Below, in pieces: positions 33,501 to 41,459 of a stretch of 55,812 nt of DNA. A program made the position numbers and the translations under genes. Below the pieces are notes generated by a model. The model made no database searches. It saw nothing but the letters and a program-made list of their open reading frames with translations, and was not told the origin of the DNA. The stretch lies in IMG/VR virus record IMGVR_UViG_3300008997_000047; one strand, 5' to 3'. Each line of letters starts with the position of its first letter. Position 1 is the stretch's first letter. Source of the DNA: a virus.

Positions 33501-36500
33501 GGCAAGCCCGCTATCCGAGGGGCAACAGAAGTAGAGTGGAAAGCCTCGGAAGAACTCCTCGAAGAGTTTATGAAGACTCCCCAGGGGCGTCCGCTTCGAG
33601 AGGCTCTCAAGGCTACGCCCGAGCCCGAAGGAATGATGCTTGGGCCGACACTCCGTTATGATGCCAAGCAAACCGAAGCCCTCCAGCAATCAATGGAGGA
33701 TCTCTTCCGGTTCTCCGAGGCTCGCATCATCGGAGATACTGCCCGCCAATGGGGCCGAGCTATTCACCTGGGCTTTCAAGACTTGGACCTCGCGGGCAAG
33801 TCTGGCGCCCGGCACCGCAGAATCATGTCTCTCTTGGGCAAGAGTATGCGCCTCTTGCAGAACTCTGCCTCGCGAGTAGGGACCACAGGCGCAGACCTCG
33901 AAGCCGTTGTCAAGAGCTTCGATAATGTCCTCGACCAGTTCAAGCTGGAATGGCAAGCAGCTACCACCGGCAAGCCGCACATGGAAGACGCCATCGCTTG
34001 GGTCGATTCCCGGGCCGAGGTAGCACCTAAACATGGGATGGCTCTCTGGGACATGATGACCGGCCAGGGAACCAAGTGGGAAAAGGCCAGGAGGCAGATC
34101 CTCACTGACCACCGGGCTGACCCGCGCTTCCTCCGGAAGTGGCAAAAGCTCCAGGATGAGCTATTCCAGACGCCCATTGAGGATAAAGCCCGACGTGGGA
34201 TTCTGGAAGCAAAGCTCGAACGGCTCCACAATGAGTATTTGAAGAAGCTGGACATGGACACGGCTCCAGTCGCCCTCCGGGCTTTGGGCCTTATGTGGAC
34301 CCCCTCGGGCGCTCAAATCCCTTCCGCACAGGCGGCGCTTCTTATCCAGCACGCAGCCAAGCTCATCGAAACTTCCCCGGACTATCGCACCTTCGCCCAG
34401 AAGATGAGAGAGTTTACTGTAGCTACGGTAAAACACGTCGATATCAGCGAGGGAGTCGCTCATGGGAAGGGCATCGCGGCTGTCGGCCTCGCAGGCACTC
34501 TGGGCTATGCCAGCCGGAGGCTGTCTGAAGTCGCTGCGGGACCCCTATCGGTGAAGCAGGCTGCCGACATGAATCGGCTGCTGCGGGGTGAGTACAAGGA
34601 TATCGAAGACCTCAACGAGGCGCTCGAAGGCTTCAACCGCCTGGGCCTTCCCTTTACAGAAGAGAAGCACAAGCGGCTGGCCAGCCGTACACGCGCCCAA
34701 GTAGACCGGACCCGGGAACTCGTAGCGATGGCGGACGAGGGGGATGGTGTATTCGCATTCATTCCCCGGAACATCCTGGAAGAGTTTGAGGCCAACCACG
34801 ACAAGATCGTGAAGGAGCTTGCAGCGATCAACCGGTCAGGCGACCATGCAGGCTCTCTCGTCACAGATGGGCTCAAGAACTACTACGGCTTGTGGCGCAT
34901 GTCCCTGGTCTCTGGGCTTTTTACTCCGAACCCTCGGTACTGGACCAACAACATCTTCGGTGATGCCAGCCAGATGTTTGTGGAAGTAGGAGCGCTCCGT
35001 TCAGGGGCGCAGTCCTTTACGAACGCCATCGCCAACATCCATCCCAAGCTCTACGACGCACAGCAGCAGATGATCAAGTCTGTGCAAGAGCGGTTCGGTG
35101 ATGTTCCAGTCCTCCCGAGCGTGATCGAGAGCTTCTTCAATCCTTACCTGGGCCGCATTTTCAAGGGAGAGAAGGGCTTCTTCACATCTACGAAGGGGCG
35201 TGTCTATTCCTACGACACCGTTCGAAAATGGGCAGCCGAGGACGATGTTCTCGATACCTTCATCCATGAAGAGCTTCACGCTCTGTACAACCGCAAGTTC
35301 AAGAACGAGTGGTCTACGCTCTTGTTTGAGGATGTTCCTGGTCTTTGGGCCAAGCACGCTGCTGGTGTGCAGCAGCGTCAGCGGATGGCGTTGTACTGCC
35401 AGCTTCTCCGCTCGGGCGAATCACGCGCCCTGGCGAAAGAGCGCACCCTCCGGGCTCTGTACGACTGGAAGCATGGAATCGCAGAGTTGGAGATGCAGAC
35501 CATTGCGAAGCCAGTAGTGTTCTGGCGCTTCTGGCGGCTGGCGATGAAGCAGATGAAGGAGGCTGCGATTGAGCCCTTGGTGAAGTCAACGCCTGAGATG
35601 TTTGTCCGAGCAGCTACCGGACAAACACAACTTGCTCGGATTCGGCAGCAAGCGTTCTTGGCTACCCGTCTCCCCGACCACATCGCGGGTGGGGATGAGA
35701 GCGTCTTGACTAAGACCGTCAGAGAGATTGACTTCCTAAACCACTTCGCTCGGAAATACTTTGCCGAGTGGTGGAAAACACGCATTATCACAGGGCCGCA
35801 TCTCTTGGATCCCAACCGGGCTGCTTTCTTCCGTGAGATGTGGGGTCCCAACTACACGCACCAGATGAACGTGTGGCCCACGGCAACTATGCTCGACACG
35901 TTTATGATGGCTCGGATTATCCCTGCGGCGATTGGCGGCCTGTCTCTCCTGGGCACCACACCGGATGACCCGGGCTTTGCGGATCGTCGAGCGCGTATCG
36001 CAGAGGATTGGGAGACGCAGTTGGCTGAGCCTCTCCTCGGCACCGTCCTCCGGCCTTATGAGGAGATCCTACGATCTGCCCTTTCAATGTGGGATGTGGA
36101 TCTGGACATTGAATCCCGGGGCCGTGAGCGCACACTCTCCCCCCACGATGAGTGGGTTCTCAAGAAGTTTGGGATGGAAGGATGGATCTTCCCAGGGAAG
36201 GCGGACGACGGGCGATCAAAGATGAGCAAGTTCGGGTACTTGGTCTACAAGCAAATCCCTTGGATCGGTACACAGGTTCCTGAGTATATCCGTACATTTA
36301 TTACCGAGAATCCCGAGCTTGCAGGCGGCGACGTTACCTACATCGATCCTCGGACGGGCCAGCCCGTAACGACCACGTTGATTGAACGCGACTACATCCT
36401 GGGCATGTGGACAGCTTGGAAGAAGCTCACACGGTTCGGAGATACGAGATATTTCGATGCGCCGAAGAAGGCCGAGCGAGAAATCAAAGAGATTCGCCGT

Positions 36501-36569
36501 GAAATCCAAAAGGATTACCCGCCAGAGAAGCCATATAAGAGGCCCACGCGCATTCATATTCCCGAGTAG
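30540..36569 (+). CDS. Giant 2009-aa virion-associated protein (internal-core/ejection gp16-like position)
   Basis: Uninterrupted 6-kb ORF. P/A/E-rich N-terminus, long helical charged middle, W/F/Y-rich C-terminal third. No catalytic motif recognised. Confidence 0.55.
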   Translation: MTTSKELLELYGDFVKEPKEEAAPEAEAPPPEPLEPETAPAPPIPKLEIAGQPPSPPVAAPEPEPVVIPPVEEAPAPAEQSKALTPLDPEFWAQEAAKREVTTEEDVSTWWKDVTEGPRPDVEAQLEHAPPPGGYPEVDYGVDEVLLQKKPPAGFDEEVPRSVRLHLLQTGAVKAPEIEGKPAGYEAEALLDDDQFWWDVWRKQRLQAPGVRERMGATVQKAQEELRKKEGVDRALEFARRTVPTRRIAGVPGLAVGYHDMRDRVQIHIERALMDAEPVHPRYISQAKKGEIAARARQLATAEMGRYMESGQDRILIDRYGRDATEWLMRRNALIRPILAITSGVEAPGEGEPRTGIGRLRSASALNMFGRMDASTIFAAMLLTGEGPSARKTIETIRSGVDIFDAANQVGELFLGLEEEMEEGLQREARIARDQGVPEEEIQQKIEDARFRYNYARKWVGTTGSVGAILFAPDPMSLTATGAAIGPKMLSAQVKMRKLQQGEKAFRGAVKELRTTPATDVRLRAIKKKLQDIDPVYGRAFDVAIGEKLALTGDIPGAARMALDKAATLRREAEELLEKVAATADEFAQAELKVLAGSKQAEAATQEYAATIFQQTFEELRMERLLEEEGMAAARIEEILDSGKLPADADKAAARVTKQLKKDVKDARAEVAAAEATHKPYWELEQKAANSYEVHVRVALKGTPFDGYVPLHIFARKADPAPVLYQKTADGRKVPNRDPSGRFGPAATVIVDDVKPWRTNRVKIVMRRMDTGEEITIKQKVDPDLMEGLRRTRNAVHKATKEGFPHAGAYDAATKSLGKAELALKVAEEGGLLTRGMESLANIKGARRITGKKYDAAKRAAKIGDKEVVRLRKIIADAGLKSVRKSIQADMLDKTMVRAGDALEEVADGMAAFLKSARKEFGGIKMLGRTSRDVAALGASISEEKVMKLADRAIAGSRIRFDRATDTATVNVDKVRSAVLMRLNEQMGKPAIRGATEVEWKASEELLEEFMKTPQGRPLREALKATPEPEGMMLGPTLRYDAKQTEALQQSMEDLFRFSEARIIGDTARQWGRAIHLGFQDLDLAGKSGARHRRIMSLLGKSMRLLQNSASRVGTTGADLEAVVKSFDNVLDQFKLEWQAATTGKPHMEDAIAWVDSRAEVAPKHGMALWDMMTGQGTKWEKARRQILTDHRADPRFLRKWQKLQDELFQTPIEDKARRGILEAKLERLHNEYLKKLDMDTAPVALRALGLMWTPSGAQIPSAQAALLIQHAAKLIETSPDYRTFAQKMREFTVATVKHVDISEGVAHGKGIAAVGLAGTLGYASRRLSEVAAGPLSVKQAADMNRLLRGEYKDIEDLNEALEGFNRLGLPFTEEKHKRLASRTRAQVDRTRELVAMADEGDGVFAFIPRNILEEFEANHDKIVKELAAINRSGDHAGSLVTDGLKNYYGLWRMSLVSGLFTPNPRYWTNNIFGDASQMFVEVGALRSGAQSFTNAIANIHPKLYDAQQQMIKSVQERFGDVPVLPSVIESFFNPYLGRIFKGEKGFFTSTKGRVYSYDTVRKWAAEDDVLDTFIHEELHALYNRKFKNEWSTLLFEDVPGLWAKHAAGVQQRQRMALYCQLLRSGESRALAKERTLRALYDWKHGIAELEMQTIAKPVVFWRFWRLAMKQMKEAAIEPLVKSTPEMFVRAATGQTQLARIRQQAFLATRLPDHIAGGDESVLTKTVREIDFLNHFARKYFAEWWKTRIITGPHLLDPNRAAFFREMWGPNYTHQMNVWPTATMLDTFMMARIIPAAIGGLSLLGTTPDDPGFADRRARIAEDWETQLAEPLLGTVLRPYEEILRSALSMWDVDLDIESRGRERTLSPHDEWVLKKFGMEGWIFPGKADDGRSKMSKFGYLVYKQIPWIGTQVPEYIRTFITENPELAGGDVTYIDPRTGQPVTTTLIERDYILGMWTAWKKLTRFGDTRYFDAPKKAEREIKEIRREIQKDYPPEKPYKRPTRIHIPE

Positions 36570-36669
36570 TCTGGACAGGGCAAGAGCAACGAGGTAGGAT
36601 TCTCTTGGCTGCGTGAAGAACGCAGACCCGCTGTCGAAGATGGCAGTGAGACTCAACCAGGAGTAAGTA

Positions 36670-37320
36670 ATGCCAAGCGTGAAGGCCAAATGGCTGAAGC
36701 CTGCAACCGATCTTCCCTTCGCAGAAGGGATTCTCGTCCTCAACAACAGTGGTGCTGCTGTCGCCGCGAATGACTTGGTCCTCATTTGGGGGGCCCAGGC
36801 AAATGCTTTGGCCATCACCCGGGCTGATGCAACGTCTGCGATTCGTACCTTCCCGGCGCTGTTCGTCGCGAAGCACGCAATCCCGAACAACCGTCGGGGT
36901 GTCATCGTTCCTTGGGTCCACGTCACGGACGTGAACACCGCTGCTGGTGCAGTCGGCGCTCCGATTTATGCGGCTGACGTTCCCAACAACGGTGGATGGT
37001 CCCTTACCCAGGGCACCTTCTCCCGTCAGGTGGGCGTGGTAACAGCGTCGAACGCTACGACCGGTTCCGTTCTCATTGCCCCCCAGGCATACGATGGCCC
37101 GGTGGCGAATCCGGCGAACTGGTTCAAGAGCGCCGAGATCACTGGGAATGCCGGGGCTCAAAACACCCCCCATGGACTGGGCCGCGTTCCGAGCCTCGTG
37201 TTCGTGACGGTTGTAGATAATGCTGGTGGCCAAGCAGACATCGCAGAGGGGGCACACGATGCCACCAACGTAGTGATTACAGCTACAAACAATGCTGTCT
37301 ACCGCGTCATCGCTGTCTAA
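36670..37320 (+). CDS. Hypothetical virion protein with a decoration-like motif (FVAKHAIPNNRRGVIV)
   Basis: 216 aa. RBS CAGGAGTAAGTA. The motif resembles GVAQHAIAAGSFGFIL in 21038..21577. Confidence 0.45.
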   Translation: MPSVKAKWLKPATDLPFAEGILVLNNSGAAVAANDLVLIWGAQANALAITRADATSAIRTFPALFVAKHAIPNNRRGVIVPWVHVTDVNTAAGAVGAPIYAADVPNNGGWSLTQGTFSRQVGVVTASNATTGSVLIAPQAYDGPVANPANWFKSAEITGNAGAQNTPHGLGRVPSLVFVTVVDNAGGQADIAEGAHDATNVVITATNNAVYRVIAV

Positions 37321-37332
37321 GGAGGTGCCCCA

Positions 37333-37713
37333 ATGGGCGCTAACGTACAGCGAAAAACATGGATCCGCGCTGAGTCGCTGGGGATTGGACTGGCTGGAGC
37401 ACCGGTCGAGGTCTCACTCACGGATGTCCCTATCCGTGGGTGGATTCGCCGGGCTCGGTTGCAGACCAATACTGCGGGCCCTCCCAACCTGACCCTCGAA
37501 GTTCGCCAAGCGGCGGCAGGTGCGGGGCTGCAAGCAGTCTTGGCTTACAGTGCGACACCTGCATCTCTCGACCAGGAAGAGGATCCAGGAGTATTCTACT
37601 CCATCCCTGCTGGGGCAACGAATCCCCTGCGCGGGACACTGTTTGTCGAAGTGTCTTCTTCGGTGAACCCTGACACGGTCAACCTCTCGCTTGATATCGA
37701 GCCTGCGATTTAG
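37333..37713 (+). CDS. Hypothetical protein
   Basis: 126-aa ORF. RBS AAGGAGGTGCCCCA. Confidence 0.6.
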   Translation: MGANVQRKTWIRAESLGIGLAGAPVEVSLTDVPIRGWIRRARLQTNTAGPPNLTLEVRQAAAGAGLQAVLAYSATPASLDQEEDPGVFYSIPAGATNPLRGTLFVEVSSSVNPDTVNLSLDIEPAI

Positions 37714-37722
37714 GGGAGAGCC

Positions 37723-38091
37723 GTGCCCGGTGACACGCCATACTCTCCAGAAGAGATTGAAGAGCTAAAAAGGCTATTCAAAGAGAACGCGCCTCCCGAT
37801 GGTGTGATTACCTATAAGGGCCGTAGGGTTCGGTTGAAGCCTCCCGAGGTAGTCACGGTCAAGGAGGTTTCGATCACTTCCAATCCGTACATAGTCAAAG
37901 AGACTCCTTCCCTAAAAAAGTTGCGGGCATTGGCCCCGGATTTGACAGCCCCTATGAAGAGTATGAGAGAAGATGCGGCCAGGAAGGCTCTTCGGAAGTC
38001 GTTTCCCCCTCCCGAAGATGGGCCTCTTGCTCCCATTGATCCCAAACTCCTCCTCCACGTGAAGGGGCTTGAAGAGGATGAGAAAAACTAA
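37723..38091 (+). CDS. Hypothetical protein
   Basis: 122-aa ORF. GTG start after GGGGAGAGCC. Confidence 0.5.
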   Translation: MPGDTPYSPEEIEELKRLFKENAPPDGVITYKGRRVRLKPPEVVTVKEVSITSNPYIVKETPSLKKLRALAPDLTAPMKSMREDAARKALRKSFPPPEDGPLAPIDPKLLLHVKGLEEDEKN

Positions 38092-39107
38092 TGGCACGCA
38101 CTACTCCTACAGTTGGTAACGCTACTCGGATTATTCCTGCTCCCGACCCAAGTGGCGGTGGCGGAGGCGGTGGCGGAGGCGGTGGCGGTGGAACAGGCCC
38201 CGAGGATTGGACCGAGGTTGACCTATCGGTGACAGCTGGCGTGCCGGACAACTTTCACCCTATGCACCGGCTTGGTCAACTATGGCGGTGGGAAGTAAGC
38301 AACCCAAGCGCCGGGGTAATGCGGATCAAAACAAAAACCAACGGGTCAGCGGGCGTTTGGCAGGGAAACCAACAAGAAGGTTTAGCTCTGATTGTGCCGG
38401 TCCAAATTGTTCCCAGGACGTTCCCCAACCCCGCAGGTGTGACAGGGAATCAGTGGCGCTCCGAGGATTGCCGCCTCTACATCGAGATGGATGTAGGCCC
38501 TAATGGGTTCCTGAATGACGGGACAGGCCACAGCCCGGCGGGGCCTTACGGTGTGGCCCTAACGGTCGGCCCGATCATCTACGCCTATGACACCGATCAT
38601 GGAGACGGGGCAGCCTTTGTTGCGGCGAACCCGACGCCTGCCGATTCGTATACGCATGTCATGGCGAAGAAGGAAAACAACCCGATTAATACTACGTGGA
38701 GCCACGCCTTTACGCTGGGGCAAATGTCACCCCCCGGCGTCTACCCTGGTGTGGGGGCGAATTACAACGACAGTCATATCGCGCTGCCCTTCGGGTCAGT
38801 CGGGACCTCAAATCGGCTATGCCTCCAGACTGGCGGGCAGTACAAAAAGTCCCAGGCGAACCAAGCAAATAACAGAGAGGTAGGGGCAACCGCTTCATCC
38901 GTCGATACCCGTGTAGATGATGGTGGTTTTACGGATTGGTGGTCCATGCAGAACCACAGCGACAATCGACACCGGATTGAAGACATGTATGTGTATGTAG
39001 GAATCGCCGCCGGGCAGTGGCAGTATGGCAACCACGTACAGGGTACATACATCGACATCACCGGCTTTAGATACCGCGTCCAGCCCGTCAAAAATAGGAG
39101 CCTCTAA
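38091..39107 (+). CDS. Fibre/receptor-binding-like protein with N-terminal poly-Gly linker
   Basis: 338 aa. TAATG overlap with the upstream gene. 13 consecutive Gly codons at 38154..38192, followed by a G/N/W/Y-rich beta-type sequence. Confidence 0.45.
   Translation: MARTTPTVGNATRIIPAPDPSGGGGGGGGGGGGGTGPEDWTEVDLSVTAGVPDNFHPMHRLGQLWRWEVSNPSAGVMRIKTKTNGSAGVWQGNQQEGLALIVPVQIVPRTFPNPAGVTGNQWRSEDCRLYIEMDVGPNGFLNDGTGHSPAGPYGVALTVGPIIYAYDTDHGDGAAFVAANPTPADSYTHVMAKKENNPINTTWSHAFTLGQMSPPGVYPGVGANYNDSHIALPFGSVGTSNRLCLQTGGQYKKSQANQANNREVGATASSVDTRVDDGGFTDWWSMQNHSDNRHRIEDMYVYVGIAAGQWQYGNHVQGTYIDITGFRYRVQPVKNRSL
38154..38192 (+). repeat. (GGN)13 microsatellite encoding poly-Gly
   Basis: ggc ggt ggc gga ggc ggt ggc gga ggc ggt ggc ggt gga, read directly. 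The 12-bp unit ggtggcggaggc occurs twice. Confidence 0.9.
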
Positions 39108-39388
39108 TGTCTGCACTACTTTGCATTGAGTGTCAGTCAGTATCGGCGGCAAACGCGTATGAGGCAGAAGCAGCGACCGGCAGCTTGGCCGGGGTGGACC
39201 TCGGAACGACCAGCGACGTTATTGCGGTGTATGATCACCTCGTAGTGCGATGTACGGAGAACCGGGCCGAAACGCTGATGCCGCTGCTTGAATCCGTCCG
39301 TTCGTACATGACTTCCGATGCCCCGACGGTGACGAAGCTCGATATCGGGCAGGCAATGTTCTACGCGCTTGGCAAGATGGACGCATAG
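39107..39388 (+). CDS. Hypothetical protein
   Basis: 93-aa ORF. TAATG overlap with the upstream gene. Confidence 0.55.
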   Translation: MSALLCIECQSVSAANAYEAEAATGSLAGVDLGTTSDVIAVYDHLVVRCTENRAETLMPLLESVRSYMTSDAPTVTKLDIGQAMFYALGKMDA

Positions 39389-39396
39389 GAGTAACC

Positions 39397-39804
39397 ATGG
39401 ATTACGAAATCAGAATCAAAGATCGGGGCCCAAGGGAGAAGTCTCTCAAGGCTCTCCAAGCCGCCTTAGGCTCTCTTCGGCTGCCCATTATGATCGATGA
39501 GGTTCGGGATGAGGGCGACGAGCTTGTCGTAGACTTCGACATTGATCTTGATGCGCTGGTCCGCTGGGCTCTCCTTGTGGCGTTCCGCAAGAACCCCGCT
39601 GGAATCGGGTTCGCAAACTTGATGCGGGTGGGCAAGTCCCAGCCGCGTAAGCGTGCCCGGGCTGGAGGTAAGTTCAAGGCCGATGACCCCAAGACCCCTG
39701 AAAATGAGGCTTGGGTTGGGGGGAAAGCCCCCAAAAAGAAGGCCCCAGCCAAGAAGAAAGCACCCAAAAAGAAGGCAGCGCCTAAGAAGAAAGCCAAGAA
39801 GTAG
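39397..39804 (+). CDS. Hypothetical protein with histone-H1-like K/A/P tail
   Basis: 135 aa. C-terminus GGKAPKKKAPAKKKAPKKKAAPKKKAKK. Confidence 0.6.
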   Translation: MDYEIRIKDRGPREKSLKALQAALGSLRLPIMIDEVRDEGDELVVDFDIDLDALVRWALLVAFRKNPAGIGFANLMRVGKSQPRKRARAGGKFKADDPKTPENEAWVGGKAPKKKAPAKKKAPKKKAAPKKKAKK

Positions 39805-39812
39805 GGGCGGGT

Positions 39813-40085
39813 ATGACTGTCGAACTCGCGGGTAAGATCCTGGTCGGGGCCACGGTCGCGCTGTGGGGCGTTGCGGGCACGTTCGCTCGCATGATGGATA
39901 CCCGTGAGGATGTGGCCAACCTGACTGTGGACGTGAAGCACCACGCTATGCAGGCGGGTCACCCTGTTGGGCTGGAGCGATTGGACACAGTTCTCTCCGA
40001 GCAGAAGGAGCTACGCCGGGATGTGGTGGACCAGGGCAAGCAACTAGCTGCCATCTGCCAAGCCACTGGCGCGGACTGCCGCTAA
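39813..40085 (+). CDS. Small membrane protein (holin or i-spanin candidate)
   Basis: 90 aa. One N-terminal hydrophobic helix (ILVGATVALWGVAGTFA), then a charged helical part. Lies just upstream of the endolysin. Confidence 0.45.
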   Translation: MTVELAGKILVGATVALWGVAGTFARMMDTREDVANLTVDVKHHAMQAGHPVGLERLDTVLSEQKELRRDVVDQGKQLAAICQATGADCR

Positions 40086-40255
40086 TGGAGGATCTACCTT
40101 CCATACTCGGTGATGCCTCCATGGCCGGTGCTTTCATTGCCTTCTTGGTTTGGCAAACCAAGCAGCAAGCCAAGAGAATGGATGACCTCGTGGACCGCTT
40201 GATGAGCGAGATCGCCTCCAAGCTGGACCACATCATCGAGAAGGTAGACCAGTGA
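40085..40255 (+). CDS. 56-aa single-TM protein (holin/antiholin candidate)
   Basis: Translated by hand: MEDLPSILGDASMAGAFIAFLVWQTKQQAKR.... TAATG overlap upstream and GTGA overlap with the endolysin. Confidence 0.45.
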   Translation: MEDLPSILGDASMAGAFIAFLVWQTKQQAKRMDDLVDRLMSEIASKLDHIIEKVDQ

Positions 40256-41049
40256 TCCTTCGCGTCGGCTCTCGGGGAACCGGGGTCAAGGAACTCCAGG
40301 CTCGCTTGAATCGGCTCTGCTTCGGGCCTCTTGATGAGGATGGCATCTTCGGAGAAGCGACGGCTTCTGCTGTTCGGGTGTTTCAACGAGCAGCCCAGAT
40401 AGAAGTGGACGGCGTCGTTGGGCCCAAGACGTTGGGGCAGTTGAGGATGGGTACTCTCCCCGAGGCCAAGAACATCCCTCCCAGCATTGCCCAGATCCTC
40501 TTGTGCATGGAAGCCAAGAACTACAGTGTCCACGAGGATGGCCAGTGCAACATCATTGGGGTTCGTTGTGCTAATCGCGAGGCCAATGAGTTTGATGATT
40601 TCATCCACCTGCTTTGGCGGAAGAACGGCATCTGGAACCACAGAGCTTACCCAGCCACTACTGACCCGGGCACTGCTTGGCTCGAAGAGCCCGGTCGGGG
40701 TGCCGGGACTGCCATTCTTTGTGCTGGGCAGTACCCCATCTACAAGTGGGATCTCCATGCTGGGAAGTACATCACGCTATGCCAGCGGGCCGGAACGGTA
40801 CGCGTGTACCGAGACAACAACCTGGACAATACATTGAATATGAATCCCAACTCAATCGAGGAGGGCTGGTATGGAATCAATATCCATCACGCGGGGGAGG
40901 ATTCCAAGCAAATAGACCGTTGGAGCGCAGGTTGTCAGGTGTTCAAGCGCCTTGCTGATTGGGAAGAGGCAGTTAGAATCTGGAAAGCCACGGGCGCAGA
41001 CCTTTTTACTTACACTCTGATTCTGGAGGGGGATTTGCCCCGTGCGTGA
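40252..41049 (+). CDS. Endolysin: PG_binding_1 domain plus C-terminal YkuD-like (H...SxGC) catalytic-type domain
   Basis: N-terminus GSRGTGVKELQARLNRL..DGIFGEATASAVRVFQ...DGVVGPKTLGQL is the classic peptidoglycan-binding repeat. C-terminus carries INIHHAG...WSAGCQVF. Confidence 0.75.
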   Translation: MILRVGSRGTGVKELQARLNRLCFGPLDEDGIFGEATASAVRVFQRAAQIEVDGVVGPKTLGQLRMGTLPEAKNIPPSIAQILLCMEAKNYSVHEDGQCNIIGVRCANREANEFDDFIHLLWRKNGIWNHRAYPATTDPGTAWLEEPGRGAGTAILCAGQYPIYKWDLHAGKYITLCQRAGTVRVYRDNNLDNTLNMNPNSIEEGWYGINIHHAGEDSKQIDRWSAGCQVFKRLADWEEAVRIWKATGADLFTYTLILEGDLPRA

Positions 41050-41260
41050 CTGGAGACTTGAAATCATGCCTATCTTGATTGCTATTGCCATCACCGCCAT
41101 CCTCGTGTTCTCGATGGGTGGATGCTGCAAGTGCGAAGACGCCCCCGAGGCGGCAGCCGCCGAAGCAGCAGAAGCCCCTGTCGAAGAGGAAGCCGAAGAA
41201 GCTCCCGCCGAAGAAACCAAAGAAGCCGAAGAGGCCAAGGAAGGAGGCGACGATGAGTAA
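41042..41260 (+). CDS. Small membrane or lipoprotein-like protein with acidic tail (o-spanin candidate)
   Basis: 72 aa. Hydrophobic ILIAIAITAILVFSMGGCC followed by an E/A-rich tail. Alternative ATG start at 41066. Confidence 0.45.
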   Translation: MRDWRLEIMPILIAIAITAILVFSMGGCCKCEDAPEAAAAEAAEAPVEEEAEEAPAEETKEAEEAKEGGDDE

Positions 41261-41459
41261 GCTCAAGTCGCGCAAGTTTCTCTTCGCCCTACTGGGAGCC
41301 GTCCTCCCGCACCTTGCTGCCTATCTCTCATCCACCGTATCTGCGGAAGATGCTCTCCACGCTTCTGTGGCGATCATCATTTCCTACATCTTTGGGCAGG
41401 GCTATGTGGACGGGCAGGCGGCCCAAGGTCATCTGGATGCCCCGAAGCTGGGGAAATAG
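41253..41459 (+). CDS. 68-aa membrane protein (holin-like), last gene of the rightward block
   Basis: ATG 41253 after AAGGAGG (41241..41247). Two hydrophobic segments. Confidence 0.5.
   Translation: MSKLKSRKFLFALLGAVLPHLAAYLSSTVSAEDALHASVAIIISYIFGQGYVDGQAAQGHLDAPKLGK

Noticed and set aside
36093-36107. DVDLD (DxDxD) in the 2009-aa protein as a possible crAss/YonO-type RNA polymerase catalytic loop.
   Set aside because: A single DxDxD in about 2000 Asp-rich residues is expected by chance. The surrounding context does not resemble a double-psi beta-barrel motif, and it lies very near the C-terminus.
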